Part shown: positions 26,337-36,260 of the stretch, piece by piece
Layout: every line of letters begins with the position of its first letter
Numbering within the stretch: the stretch's first letter is position 1
DNA from: a virus
Taxonomy: Duplodnaviria; Caudoviricetes
IMG/VR virus record: IMGVR_UViG_3300033067_000328
Location: 1-41,842 of that record
Reading direction: 5' to 3' (one strand)
DNA: 41,842 nt
Position numbers and translations under genes: made by a program
Notes under the pieces: model-generated
Told to the model about the DNA's origin: nothing
Databases searched by the model: none
Seen by the model: only the letters and a program-made list of their open reading frames with translations

Positions 26337-27319
26337 CGTTGGGTGTATTCCCGCCTCCGGCAACTGGTGGTGGCGGTGGATCAACCTCTCCGCTATCTGC
26401 CAAGGGCGATCTGTGGACGTACGACACTGGCGACACGCGGCTGCCAGTAGGCACCAACGGCTACGTCCTGACCGCCGACAGCACGCAGACGAAGGGCCTT
26501 AAGTGGGCGGCGCTGCCGACCTATGCAACGTCGCCGCTATCTGTCAAAGGCGACCTGTGGACGTTCTCTACCGTAGACGCCAAGCTGGGGGTGGGCAGCA
26601 ACGGGCAGGTATTGACCGCCGACAGCGGGCAGACGACCGGGCTCAAGTGGGCCACGCCTACCGCATCCCCACTAACGACTAAGGGCGACTTGTGGGTTTA
26701 CGGGTCGGCCGATGACCGCCTACCGGTGGGTAGTAACAATCAGGTGCTGGTCGCGGACAGCGGGCAGTCGCTGGGCGTCAAGTGGTCCAACCCTACCGGC
26801 GCCATTACGCAGATTGCGCAAGTGGTCACGTCGGGCAGCGCGACCACGATTACGTTTAGTTCCATCCCGGGCTCGTACAACGCACTGAAGATTCACTTTA
26901 AGGGCCGCGACGTAGCGACGGGCTCTGGCGAATTGTTCTTCAAGATTCAGTTTAACGGCGACAGCACGTCGGGCAACTATGACGTGACGCAATACATCGC
27001 GGGCGCTGGGGCTACAGCAAGTGCCAACACGTTCGCAGTGAGCGCCAACGGTTTCAACATCGGGTGCGCTCCAGGTGTGTCGGGCAATGCGAACGCCTAC
27101 GGCTCTGCCGAGATAACGATTGTGAATTACGCGGACACCACGTTCTACAAGGATGCGGTTTCCGTGGTCCATGAATGGTTCGGAGCAACGCCTACCCGTG
27201 CCGACTACATCATGGCCGGGACGTGGAAGTCCACGGCGGCTATCACGTCGATTGTGCTGACCTGTAGTGGGACCAACTTCGTCAACGGAACGATTGCGAC
27301 GCTGTACGGGCTGACGTAG
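26333..27319 (+). CDS. Tail fibre protein with three shaft repeats
   Basis: SPLxxKGDLW...LPVGxNGxVLTADS...GLKW repeated three times; C-terminal TAAITSI...GTIATLYG head. Confidence 0.8.
   Translation: MTLGVFPPPATGGGGGSTSPLSAKGDLWTYDTGDTRLPVGTNGYVLTADSTQTKGLKWAALPTYATSPLSVKGDLWTFSTVDAKLGVGSNGQVLTADSGQTTGLKWATPTASPLTTKGDLWVYGSADDRLPVGSNNQVLVADSGQSLGVKWSNPTGAITQIAQVVTSGSATTITFSSIPGSYNALKIHFKGRDVATGSGELFFKIQFNGDSTSGNYDVTQYIAGAGATASANTFAVSANGFNIGCAPGVSGNANAYGSAEITIVNYADTTFYKDAVSVVHEWFGATPTRADYIMAGTWKSTAAITSIVLTCSGTNFVNGTIATLYGLT
26387..26790 (+). repeat. Three ~45-48-aa fibre repeats
   Basis: Units start near 26387, 26531 and 26666. Confidence 0.85.
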
Positions 27320-28512
27320 TGCCGAATTACACCTTCCCCCCTCCGACTGGTGGTTCTGGCGGTGGGTCGGGAGGGCGCGACGGTAACTATGGCGGCGCAA
27401 TCACGCTTGATTACACGTTCGACACGACGACCACGGACAGCGACCCGGGGCCGGGCAAACTAAGACTCAATAACGCTACACAGTCGTCCGCTACACAGGC
27501 GTTTATCGACCTGTTCAACGACGACAGTATCGACGTAACGACCCTGCTGGATTCGCTGGACGACAGCACCAACACCGTCAAGGGTCAGGTGCGGATCGTC
27601 AAGAAATTCGATAGCACCAAGTTCCTCGTCTACAACCTGACCGCTGTCACCACAACGTCAGGGTATCGCAAGCTCGCTCTAACGAATCTCGGCTACAGCA
27701 CCACCACGCCATTCTCCAATGGCGATGACATCCTGTTCGCGTTCACGCCTGCCGGTGACAAAGGTACGGCAGCGGTCGGCAACGGGCAGTTGCAGGGTAC
27801 GGAATTCACGTCATCGGGAACGTTCAATGTCCCCACGGGCGTTACGTCGCTGTGGGTGACGGCGATAGGTGGTGGCGGTGGTGGTGGCTCGCGGTCATCC
27901 GCTATCGGTGGTGGCGGAGGTGGAGCGGGGGAGTTCATCGCGTTCCTGCCGATCATCGCAACGTCGGGCGGGTCTATCACCGTGACCATAGGTGCCGGCG
28001 GCGCTGGGGCCTCGGCAGGCGCGGCGGCGGGTGGTGCTACAGGCGGCGCCACGTCAATAGGCAGTGTCGTCGTCGCGCAGGGCGGGCTTGGCGGCGCTAA
28101 CAATAGTTTTCCTGGCGGCGCGGGTGGCGGTACGGGCGGCGCTGTTGCGACAGGCGGCGCGGGTAACGCAGGCGGGCTGGGCGCAGCAGAAACCAACTGC
28201 TACTTCGGCGGTGCCGGTGGCGGTGCTGGTGGCTCTAGCAGTTCCGGCAATGGCGGTGCGGGCGGTGGTAGCGGCGGCTTCGCTGGAGCGGCGGCAGGCA
28301 TCCACAACGCCACGCCAGAAGGTGGCGGTGGCGGCGGGGCCAGCACTGCATACGGTGTCGGCGGCGCAGGCGGTAACGGTGGAGCGGCAGGCTCGAATGC
28401 GGCCAGCACGTCGTACGGTGCCGGTGGTGGCGGTGCCGGTGGCTTGAGCGGCAGCACAGCGGCGGGAGGCAACGGGGCGGGTGGGTATGCACTCATCCAG
28501 TGGGTTGGATGA
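27319..28512 (+). CDS. Glycine-rich tail fibre/adhesin-like protein
   Basis: DSDPGPGKLRLNNAT domain, then EFTSSGTFNVPTGVT...GGGGGGG polyglycine domain. Confidence 0.75.
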   Translation: MPNYTFPPPTGGSGGGSGGRDGNYGGAITLDYTFDTTTTDSDPGPGKLRLNNATQSSATQAFIDLFNDDSIDVTTLLDSLDDSTNTVKGQVRIVKKFDSTKFLVYNLTAVTTTSGYRKLALTNLGYSTTTPFSNGDDILFAFTPAGDKGTAAVGNGQLQGTEFTSSGTFNVPTGVTSLWVTAIGGGGGGGSRSSAIGGGGGGAGEFIAFLPIIATSGGSITVTIGAGGAGASAGAAAGGATGGATSIGSVVVAQGGLGGANNSFPGGAGGGTGGAVATGGAGNAGGLGAAETNCYFGGAGGGAGGSSSSGNGGAGGGSGGFAGAAAGIHNATPEGGGGGGASTAYGVGGAGGNGGAAGSNAASTSYGAGGGGAGGLSGSTAAGGNGAGGYALIQWVG

Positions 28513-29264
28513 GCGCCAAGCTACAAAGCCTTGAGTTCACCGCGTCCGGCACGTTCAACGTTCCCAGCGGTGTGACTCTGGTCATCGTCTCCATGATCGG
28601 CGGTGGCGGTGGCGGGGCCGCGCAGAATGGTTCCGCAGCAGGCAACGGGCGTCCTGGTGGTGGGTCTGGTGAGTTCGTGCAACGCCTGCCGGTCCCGGTG
28701 ACATCGGGCGGCACGGTGACGGTCACGATAGGCGCCGCAGGTACCAAAGGATCGGGGACGGGGACCCCAAGCGGCGGTGACGGCGGCGATACCTCGTTCG
28801 GGTCGTACACCGTCAAGGGCGGGCAGGGCGCGTTCTTCGTGACGGCCGCCAATCAGTTCGGCGGGGCTGGCGGTGGCGGCATCAACGGCGGCACCACGGC
28901 GAACAACGTTGACGGCGCTTATAGCATCTACAACCCAATCTACTGGAGCAGCGGCGGTAGCGGCGGCGGTGGCACGAACAACCCGGGCGACGTTGGCGGG
29001 AGAGGCGCCCCGGCGATCAATGGCTGGGGACCTGTTGCCGGTGGCGGCGCTCGCGGCGGCGGGTCGGGGGCGTGCTCTCCCTACGGCCTCGGCGGGACGG
29101 CAGGCGTTGACATTTCGTCGGGCGGCACGGTATCGGGCGGCACGCCGCTATCGACTGCCTACGGTGCCGGCGGCGGTGGCGCGGGGCGCGGCGCGCTCCC
29201 CACCAATTTCTTTGACGGCGGTGCGGGCGCTCCTGGCTACGTGCTGGTGGAGTGGCTGGGTTGA
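28509..29264 (+). CDS. Glycine-rich adhesin-like protein, paralogue of the preceding C-terminal domain
   Basis: LQSLEFTASGTFNVPSGVT...GYVLVEWLG. Confidence 0.75.
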   Translation: MSAKLQSLEFTASGTFNVPSGVTLVIVSMIGGGGGGAAQNGSAAGNGRPGGGSGEFVQRLPVPVTSGGTVTVTIGAAGTKGSGTGTPSGGDGGDTSFGSYTVKGGQGAFFVTAANQFGGAGGGGINGGTTANNVDGAYSIYNPIYWSSGGSGGGGTNNPGDVGGRGAPAINGWGPVAGGGARGGGSGACSPYGLGGTAGVDISSGGTVSGGTPLSTAYGAGGGGAGRGALPTNFFDGGAGAPGYVLVEWLG

Positions 29265-29653
29265 TCCTGTCCCCCATAGCCCCTGAGCAGTTGCATACGG
29301 TGTGGCCGTGGGTGCGCGAGGGGCTGGAGACGATTCGCAGGAAGCGTGACGAGTCGTGGTTGCCCGAGGACGTGTACCTGCAACTGCGTTCCAAGACCGC
29401 GCACCTGATGGTCATCGAGGACGCGGGGTTCCTGATCTACCAAATTCTTCCGGGTGACGACTTCCGGGGCGTGCTGCACGTCTGGTGCGTGTGGGGCGCG
29501 TTGAAGGATTACGAGAGACAGATATACGACGAGCTAGAGGCATACGCCCGTCAACTGAAGGTTGCGCGGATTCGCGCTGTGGGCCGCAAGGGTTGGGCGC
29601 GGCGTGGGTTCTTTTCCTTGATCGGGTATGTCTATGAGCGAGTCATTCAATGA
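29261..29653 (+). CDS. GNAT-fold-like protein preceding the ejection genes
   Basis: VWPWVREGL...LHVWCVWG...GRKGWAR; TTGA overlap. Confidence 0.6.
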   Translation: MILSPIAPEQLHTVWPWVREGLETIRRKRDESWLPEDVYLQLRSKTAHLMVIEDAGFLIYQILPGDDFRGVLHVWCVWGALKDYERQIYDELEAYARQLKVARIRAVGRKGWARRGFFSLIGYVYERVIQ

Positions 29654-30777
29654 GCGGCGGTAGCGGTCCTTCGACCACGACCACCGGCGAATTCAAGCCT
29701 CCTAGCTATACGGTGCCGTGGTGGCAGACGCTCGTCGGTGACGCGGGCAGCGCCTACGGCCAGCCGTATCAGGAATCCGGCATTCCTACCGTTGCGCCGT
29801 GGAACGACACGCAACAAGGGGCCTCGCAGGCGATCATTGACCGCGCGATGAACGGCACGCCCGAGTCGAATGCGGGACGCGGCGCCATCACCGGGATTGC
29901 GGCGGGCAATCACAGCAATCCGTGGCAGACGATGGTCGCGGGAACCGCTGCGGGGCAGTCGCAGAACCCGTTCATGGCTGGCGCCGCAGGACTTGCACAA
30001 GGCGGCAACAACCCGTTCATGGCCGGCATTCAAGGCATGGCGGGGGGCGAGCAGAACCCGTACATGATTGACCCGCAGGCGTTCATCGACGCCACCAGCA
30101 AGGACATGACGCGGGCGGCGCAGACGGGAACGATGGCGCAGACGGACGCGGCGTTCAACCGTGCCGGCGCTTACGGTGGGTCCGCGTACAACGAACAGCA
30201 GGCCGCTAACGCCAAGGCGCTAGAGGACTCCATCGGCACGATGTCTGCCGGTGCGCGCATGTCCGCGAACCAAGCGAACGCTAACATGTGGCAGCAGGGC
30301 CAGCAGAACAAGCTGGGCGCCTTGGGCTTGGGCAATCAGGCGTACCAAGGCGGCGTGGGCAACCAACTGCAAGCGTTGGGGCTGGGCGGCAACATGTTCT
30401 CTACCGGCTTGGGCCAGCAGCTCCAGGCGGCGGGCTTGGGCGGCAACATGTTCCAGGGCGACATCGGGAACATGCTGTCGGCTGCCGGCATGGCGCCGGC
30501 CTACGGGCAGATGGATCAGAACGACTTCGCGTCGATGATGGGCGTGGGGAATATGCAGAACAACTACCAGCAGCAACTGCTAAACGCTGCGAATGGTTCG
30601 TTCTCTGCCCAGCAGAATTACCCGTGGTCGCAGTTGCAGAAGTTGGGCGGCATGTTGTCGCTGGCGTCCGGTGGTCAGGGTTCGAAGACGGAGACGACGA
30701 CACAGCCGGGTCAAAGCCCTTGGGCTAATGGTCTTGGCCTTGGCCTCGGACTGCTCAGTTATATGCTTCCCTTCTAG
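29650..30777 (+). CDS. DNA ejection/pilot protein
   Basis: MSGGSGPSTTTT start, G/A/Q/N-rich, AGAYGGS, hydrophobic C-terminal GLGLGLGLL; NPFMAG and LQALGLGGNMF repeats. Confidence 0.7.
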   Translation: MSGGSGPSTTTTGEFKPPSYTVPWWQTLVGDAGSAYGQPYQESGIPTVAPWNDTQQGASQAIIDRAMNGTPESNAGRGAITGIAAGNHSNPWQTMVAGTAAGQSQNPFMAGAAGLAQGGNNPFMAGIQGMAGGEQNPYMIDPQAFIDATSKDMTRAAQTGTMAQTDAAFNRAGAYGGSAYNEQQAANAKALEDSIGTMSAGARMSANQANANMWQQGQQNKLGALGLGNQAYQGGVGNQLQALGLGGNMFSTGLGQQLQAAGLGGNMFQGDIGNMLSAAGMAPAYGQMDQNDFASMMGVGNMQNNYQQQLLNAANGSFSAQQNYPWSQLQKLGGMLSLASGGQGSKTETTTQPGQSPWANGLGLGLGLLSYMLPF

Positions 30778-30786
30778 GAGATACAC

Positions 30787-31257
30787 ATGGCACAAGGCGG
30801 CGGAATGCCTCTCAGCCCGATCCCCGGCAACGGGACGGTCCCTAACAACATGCAACGTCCCGGTATGCCGACGCAGCCGGGCGCGCCCACGATGGGCCAT
30901 GGGGCCATGCAGTTCGGTCCCGCAACCCCCGGCGGCGGCGGCTACCAGATGCAGAACAACACGTACGGCGGCGCGCCCAGCCCGTCGAGTCTCGCGCAGC
31001 AGTGGATGCAGATGGCGCGCGGCGGGGCGTCTCCGCAGCAGTTCATGCAGACGTTCGGCGGCGGGCTGGGCGCGCCGGCAATGGGCGGCTATCAAGGACG
31101 GCAGAACGACCCGACTGACCCTATGTACGGCCAGCCGCAGCAGGCTATGCCCAATTTCGCGCAGATTCTTAGCGGCGGCGGTAACGCGAGCAACATGAGC
31201 TTCTCGCCCGCCGGCCCTGACTACCTGTCGCGCACGCTTAACCGGGGGCTGGGATGA
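30787..31257 (+). CDS. Low-complexity G/Q/M/P-rich internal virion protein
   Basis: TAGGAG SD; composition and position. Confidence 0.65.
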   Translation: MAQGGGMPLSPIPGNGTVPNNMQRPGMPTQPGAPTMGHGAMQFGPATPGGGGYQMQNNTYGGAPSPSSLAQQWMQMARGGASPQQFMQTFGGGLGAPAMGGYQGRQNDPTDPMYGQPQQAMPNFAQILSGGGNASNMSFSPAGPDYLSRTLNRGLG

Positions 31258-31631
31258 TCGAGGACCCGACGATGGGCGGGGTTGATCCTGCCGACCCGAC
31301 GAAGAAGAAGCCGTTCCAGTTTGTGCCGCCCGACTTCAACGCCTTCGCGGCACAGACCGGGTTTGGCTATGGATCGCTGTTCGACCAACTGAAGGACGCC
31401 TTCAGCATGCCGAGTCGCGGTGCGGGTCAGTTCAATGGCAACAAGCTCGCGCGCTACGCCACCCCGGCACCGCAAGTGACCGTTGACCCGTTCTACAACA
31501 CGCTCCAGCAGTACATCAAGCCGCAGAACCTGCAAGGGCTGTTGGGCATGCTCGGCGGCATGGGTGGCATGGGCGGTGGTATGCAGCCGACACAACCGAC
31601 CGGCAATCGCGGCGGGCGGGGCTTGCTGTGA
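31254..31631 (+). CDS. Low-complexity internal virion protein
   Basis: ATGA overlap; GMLGGMGGMGGGMQ. Confidence 0.6.
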   Translation: MIEDPTMGGVDPADPTKKKPFQFVPPDFNAFAAQTGFGYGSLFDQLKDAFSMPSRGAGQFNGNKLARYATPAPQVTVDPFYNTLQQYIKPQNLQGLLGMLGGMGGMGGGMQPTQPTGNRGGRGLL

Positions 31632-32074
31632 GCGGCGGCGGGCAGACGCCTGCGTACGGCTCCAGCAACTACGGACGACCCGCGCCTAGCGCGACCCAGC
31701 CGACGAGCTACCCGGGTCAAGGCTCTGCGGTCGGCCAGCCGTTCTATGGATTCGGCGGCAACTTCGGCGGTCCTGGCGCCCCGAATCCTGACGCGCTGCG
31801 CCTCGCGCAATCGCTCAACCCTGCCGACAACAACCAACTCATTGGCCTGTTGGGCGAACAGGGCGCGCACCAGTACGCGAACATGTACGGCCCGATGGGG
31901 ACCATGAGCAACGGCAACGCGATCATGGATCAATGGCGCGGGCAGAACGGCAACACGCAGGGGATTAGCGACCTGACGCCTGCAATGCTCCAGCAGTACC
32001 AGCAGAACGGCGTGATTGCGAACGGGCAATGGGCCAAGAAGATGGACAACAACGGACAGTGGGTGCCGGTATGA
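31628..32074 (+). CDS. Low-complexity G/Q/N-rich internal virion protein
   Basis: GTGA overlap; MSGGGQTP start. Confidence 0.6.
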   Translation: MSGGGQTPAYGSSNYGRPAPSATQPTSYPGQGSAVGQPFYGFGGNFGGPGAPNPDALRLAQSLNPADNNQLIGLLGEQGAHQYANMYGPMGTMSNGNAIMDQWRGQNGNTQGISDLTPAMLQQYQQNGVIANGQWAKKMDNNGQWVPV

Positions 32075-32454
32075 GCATTTTCGACTACGTAGCCAAGATG
32101 TTTGCCAAGCCCGTCTCCTATCTGGACGAGCAACGCGGATTGATCGGCGAGCGCATCGCGCGTGGCATGGACCCGTTTTCCTACCTGCCGACCGTGATGG
32201 GCGACATCTCCGGTGGCCGCATGACGCGCACCGACCTGAACACCGACGAGATTGTCTGGATTCTGGACGAGCTGCAACGGCAACTGGACGACATGCTGCG
32301 TACCGGATACTCGCGCGCCGAGATTGACGCGAAGAAGGCAGAACAGGCGCTGTATCTGGACGCGCTCAAGAGCAAGGGCGGATCGTGGGAGCCCACGGTA
32401 GTGGTGCCGACCGTCCCCGTCGTTCCGCCTAACGATCCGTCGCGGGGGCGCTAA
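32071..32454 (+). CDS. Hypothetical helical protein, 127 aa
   Basis: ATGA and TAATG coupling. Confidence 0.65.
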   Translation: MSIFDYVAKMFAKPVSYLDEQRGLIGERIARGMDPFSYLPTVMGDISGGRMTRTDLNTDEIVWILDELQRQLDDMLRTGYSRAEIDAKKAEQALYLDALKSKGGSWEPTVVVPTVPVVPPNDPSRGR

Positions 32455-34040
32455 TGGCGACGCCTTGGGACAACATCGGCGGGTTGCTGTCTTCGCTCAA
32501 TCCGAATGCCGACGACCAAGCGCAGGCCAAGAAGATGGGCTTGCTGGCGCTCGGGCTGTCGTTGCTCGGCGCTCGCAAGGGGCAAGAGTGGGATGCTGCT
32601 GGACGCGCGGGAATGAACGGCATTGGCGCGTACCAGGGCACGCTTGCGTCTGGTCCTCGGCTGCGGCAGGAGAATCTAAAGACGGCGATGGAGTTGCAGA
32701 AGTTCAGCAACGACCAAAAGATGCAGGACATGGCGTTTAAGCTCATCGGTGGCGGTGGTGCGTCTGCGCCAGCCCCTGAGCAAGCCGGTCCGCCGTCGCC
32801 ATCGGGCGCGTCCGCGACCTATGCGCCACCGCAACAGCCGGGGCAGGGCATGGCGTACTCGCCTGCTGCGGAACAGGGGTGGGCGATCCTCAATCCGAAG
32901 GTGGCCGAAGTCCTGCACCGCCAACAGCAGATCACGCAGGGACCGCAAGGGACACTCCTGCGTAACGGGCAGATCGTCGGGCAAGTCACGCCGACTGGCA
33001 TCGTTGATGCGGCTGGCAAGTTCACGCCCCTGCCGCCCGATGCTTTGCAGGCCAATGCTGCGCAAGAGGGAGCGGTAGCCGGTGCGCGCACCGCTGCGAC
33101 GGAAGCGGCGCAGCAACCGTACCGCACGACTACCGCTCCTGTCGGACCTAACGGCGCTCCGGTGTTTGGCTACGTCAACTCCATCGCGGGCCAGCCGAAC
33201 GTTGGTGGTCAGGCGCCTGCCGCTGATCCGCTGGCGACCATTGTCCCGCGCACCGAAAAGGAAGCGGCGCAGCTTGGTAACCTTATGGCGTCGCGCGGCC
33301 AGCAATTCCAGATGACGCGCGGGCAGGACGGTACGTTTGTTCCCGGCCCGAACCATGGCAAGCCGTTCGCGCAGGGTAACGGCGTGGCGGTGGGCGCTGA
33401 CCCGTTGCAAATCAAGCAAGCGGAACAGAACATCGCCACGCAGGGCACGCAAGACACGGAGATTGCCAAGTCACAGGGGCAAGACTTCGTGGGCATCGTG
33501 CAGGCCGAAAAGAATGCGCCCGCGAACATTGCCAAGCTTGACCTGCTCAAGAATTATCTGTCCAAGGTTGACACGGGCAAGGCCGCGCCTACCGTCATGA
33601 CGCTCAAGGCGTATGCGGCCTACTTCGCGCCTGATCTGGCAAAGGAATGGACCAAGGACGTTCCTTACGCTCAGGCTGCTGCATCGTTGTCTAACGAGAT
33701 GGCTCTGCAACTGCGCAGTCCGCAGGGAGGCGCGGGGATGCCGGGCGCGCTGTCCAACAGTGACCGCGAATTCCTGACCAGTATGTCGGCCAGTTCCGCG
33801 AACGACCCGCGCGCAATCCCGCTGATGATTGACGCCCGCATCGCCATGGAGAAGCGGTCGCAGGAAGTCGGGAAGCTGGCGCGCGAGTACCGCCAGCGCA
33901 ACGGGAAGATTGACGACGGGTTCTACTCGGTCCTTGCGCAATACTCGGCAGCGCACCCGCTGTTCCAGGGCATGCAGGCGCCTACAGCCGCACCGGCGCC
34001 GACCGCTGGCAGCGGGTGGAAGATTGAGAGGGTTAACTGA
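32454..34040 (+). CDS. DNA ejection (internal virion) protein
   Basis: GLLALGLSLLG...; GAGMPGALSNSDREFL motif; position. Confidence 0.7.
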   Translation: MATPWDNIGGLLSSLNPNADDQAQAKKMGLLALGLSLLGARKGQEWDAAGRAGMNGIGAYQGTLASGPRLRQENLKTAMELQKFSNDQKMQDMAFKLIGGGGASAPAPEQAGPPSPSGASATYAPPQQPGQGMAYSPAAEQGWAILNPKVAEVLHRQQQITQGPQGTLLRNGQIVGQVTPTGIVDAAGKFTPLPPDALQANAAQEGAVAGARTAATEAAQQPYRTTTAPVGPNGAPVFGYVNSIAGQPNVGGQAPAADPLATIVPRTEKEAAQLGNLMASRGQQFQMTRGQDGTFVPGPNHGKPFAQGNGVAVGADPLQIKQAEQNIATQGTQDTEIAKSQGQDFVGIVQAEKNAPANIAKLDLLKNYLSKVDTGKAAPTVMTLKAYAAYFAPDLAKEWTKDVPYAQAAASLSNEMALQLRSPQGGAGMPGALSNSDREFLTSMSASSANDPRAIPLMIDARIAMEKRSQEVGKLAREYRQRNGKIDDGFYSVLAQYSAAHPLFQGMQAPTAAPAPTAGSGWKIERVN

Positions 34041-35587
34041 TGGCGACGTTCCGTATAACTGGTCCTGACGGCGCGACGTACAACGTCACGGCTCCGGACG
34101 GCGCGAGCGATGCGGACGTTATGGCATACGTCCAAAAGAACGCGGCGCCCAAGGCCAATGCGGATTCCGCACTCGGCGGCACGCTGCCGTTCCTTGGCTT
34201 TGATACCGGGATCAAGATTCCGTCGTCAGTCGAGGCTGGGCTAGTCGGCGCCGGCAAGGCAATGACGCGCGTAGGGCAGGGCATCCGCCAACTGATGCCG
34301 GGAAGCAACGACAAACTGGATGCGCAGGTCGCTGACGAGAACAAGCGGTATGACGCACTGGCTGCGCAGCATCCTGTCGCTACCACTGTCGGCGAGATTG
34401 CGCCCTACCTTGCCGTCCCTGGCGGTCCTCTGGCGATGGGCGCCGCATCGGCAGTCGAGTACGGCACTCCGATGGAGCGTGCCGCTCGTGCTGCGCTGGG
34501 CGCTGGCGGTGCGCAGGCCGGCAAGTTGATCGGGCGCGCTTTCGGTCCTGCGTCCATGGCGCCCAAGCCGGGACTGGCGTCAGAGTTCTTCGCGGACGCG
34601 CCGAACAAGTGGAAGATTCCGCTCACCGTTGGGCAGGCCACGCAGAGTCGTCCCGCGCAGATCGCAGAATCGGTCCTGTCCAACCTGCCGTTCGGTGGCG
34701 CGGTCAACAAGGCGCGCGACGCATCGTTCCAGCAGTTCAACCGGGCCGTGGGCAAGCAGTTCGGCGCCGACACGACCAAGATTACCCCGGAGCTGTTGGG
34801 CGAGTCGCAGGGCCGTATCGGCAAGGCCATTGGCAGTCTTGCGGAGCGCAACACGCTCGTCCCCGACATGCCGCTAGTCCAAGGCATTGCGGCGGTGCAG
34901 ACGCGCGCCAGCAAGAACCTTGTGTCGGATCAGGCCAAGATCGTAGACAACTGGGTGCAGGAACTGCTCTCCAAGCAGGACCCGGTTACGGGCGGCATCC
35001 CCGGCACGAACTATCGCGCATGGCGCTCGGAGCTTGGCAAGCAGGCCAAGAGCGAGGGCGGCACGCTTGGCAGCGTCTTGGGCGATCTGAAGAACGTGGT
35101 GGAGAAGGGAATGGACCGCTCCATTACGCCCTCCGACTCTGCGGCGTGGAAGCTAGCCAACCGGCAGTATTTCAACGTCAAGCAGGTCGCGGACGCATCC
35201 AAAGCTACCCCGGGCGAACTGTCCCCGACTCAACTACTGGCGTCCATCAATCGGAATCAGCCCAACGCACGGTTCGGTGCCGGCAATGACCTTGCCGAGT
35301 TGGCTCAGTGGGCCAAGCAAATGCTACCGGACAAGATTCCGAACAGCGGCACCGCACAGCGGGCGCTCTATCAGAAGATGCTGACGAACCCGATTGCTGC
35401 GGGCGGCGGGTTGCTGGGCGCCGGATATGGCGCGGACCAGATGGGCGTTAACCCAATGTACGCGATCCCTGCGGCGGCGATTCCGTTCCTGTCGGCTCGG
35501 GCGCTTGCAGGAAAGCCTGCGTCTGACCTGTCGAAGAAGTTGCTGGAGAAGCTGGGCGGCGCCGGCCTATTAAGCCTAGCGCCCTAA
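34040..35587 (+). CDS. Large DNA ejection (internal virion) protein
   Basis: MATFRITGPDGATYNVTAPDGAS start; IPLTVGQAT; IPNSGTAQR. Confidence 0.75.
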   Translation: MATFRITGPDGATYNVTAPDGASDADVMAYVQKNAAPKANADSALGGTLPFLGFDTGIKIPSSVEAGLVGAGKAMTRVGQGIRQLMPGSNDKLDAQVADENKRYDALAAQHPVATTVGEIAPYLAVPGGPLAMGAASAVEYGTPMERAARAALGAGGAQAGKLIGRAFGPASMAPKPGLASEFFADAPNKWKIPLTVGQATQSRPAQIAESVLSNLPFGGAVNKARDASFQQFNRAVGKQFGADTTKITPELLGESQGRIGKAIGSLAERNTLVPDMPLVQGIAAVQTRASKNLVSDQAKIVDNWVQELLSKQDPVTGGIPGTNYRAWRSELGKQAKSEGGTLGSVLGDLKNVVEKGMDRSITPSDSAAWKLANRQYFNVKQVADASKATPGELSPTQLLASINRNQPNARFGAGNDLAELAQWAKQMLPDKIPNSGTAQRALYQKMLTNPIAAGGGLLGAGYGADQMGVNPMYAIPAAAIPFLSARALAGKPASDLSKKLLEKLGGAGLLSLAP

Positions 35588-35729
35588 CAATAGTCACTGA
35601 TAGCGGGTCGAACAGCCACCGCTCGGCCCGTGGGAATAGGCGCCGCACCAGCCATAGCGAGCCGCCCAGTACCAGGAACCAGAACAAAGGCTGCAATAGG
35701 CCGGCAACAGCGTATTTCCAAGCGTCCAT
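35448..35729 (-). CDS. Small antisense membrane protein (possible superinfection exclusion)
   Basis: GGAGG SD; TM segment AVAGLLQPLFWFLVLGGSLWLV. Confidence 0.55.
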   Translation of the reverse strand: MDAWKYAVAGLLQPLFWFLVLGGSLWLVRRLFPRAERWLFDPLSVTIVRALGLIGRRRPASPATSSTGQTQAFLQAPEPTGTESPPQGSRTLG

Positions 35730-35764
35730 AGGTCGCGTCCTCCGGGGCCGACCACTTTACCACA

Positions 35765-35786
35765 GCCGCCTCCGGGCGGCTTTTCT
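35765..35786 (+). terminator. Intrinsic terminator
   Basis: GCCGCC-TCCG-GGCGGC-TTTTCT. Confidence 0.8.
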
Positions 35787-35802
35787 GTGCCCGGAGTCGA
35801 GT

Positions 35803-35991
35803 ATGGAGTGGTCAGAATTCCTCAAGTGGCTAGTGCCGGCCATTCTCATTTCCATCGGCGTCATCGTCTGGCGAAAACTGGACTCGCTAGACGGCAAAGT
35901 GGATTTGCTGATGCAGACGGAGCTGCGCTACATCGATGTCCGCATTAGCGTCATCGAAAAGCATCTCGGGCTGGAGCGGCCCTCCAAGTGA
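35803..35991 (+). CDS. Small single-TM protein (holin/antiholin-like)
   Basis: GGAG SD; N-terminal TM plus coiled coil. Confidence 0.55.
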   Translation: MEWSEFLKWLVPAILISIGVIVWRKLDSLDGKVDLLMQTELRYIDVRISVIEKHLGLERPSK

Positions 35992-36260
35992 CCGCCGACG
36001 AGTTCGACCTGACGCTAGAACAGGCCGCATTCCTCTTCCAGGGCTACATAACCGCCGTGACGCGGATGGAAGAGGCTGAGTTTGACGGCAAGCGCCCGTC
36101 TGACGCTATCCCCCGGTCCATCCTGTCCTGCGGCGATGCGCTGCTGTTGATCCCTGCCGGGTTGGTGCTGGTTGCCAAGCTGTATCCGCAACTGATGGAT
36201 ACGGAAGTGCTGATGGCGGCGCTGCGCATGGGATCACGACCCGGTACTGCCATCAACTGA
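35988..36260 (+). CDS. Hypothetical protein
   Basis: GTGA and TGATG coupling. Confidence 0.55.
   Translation: MTADEFDLTLEQAAFLFQGYITAVTRMEEAEFDGKRPSDAIPRSILSCGDALLLIPAGLVLVAKLYPQLMDTEVLMAALRMGSRPGTAIN

Noticed and set aside
13289-29218. Other CTTTGAC occurrences (~13290, ~15277, ~29210)
   Set aside because: All read in frame as TTT-GAC, with no in-frame stop or upstream SD.
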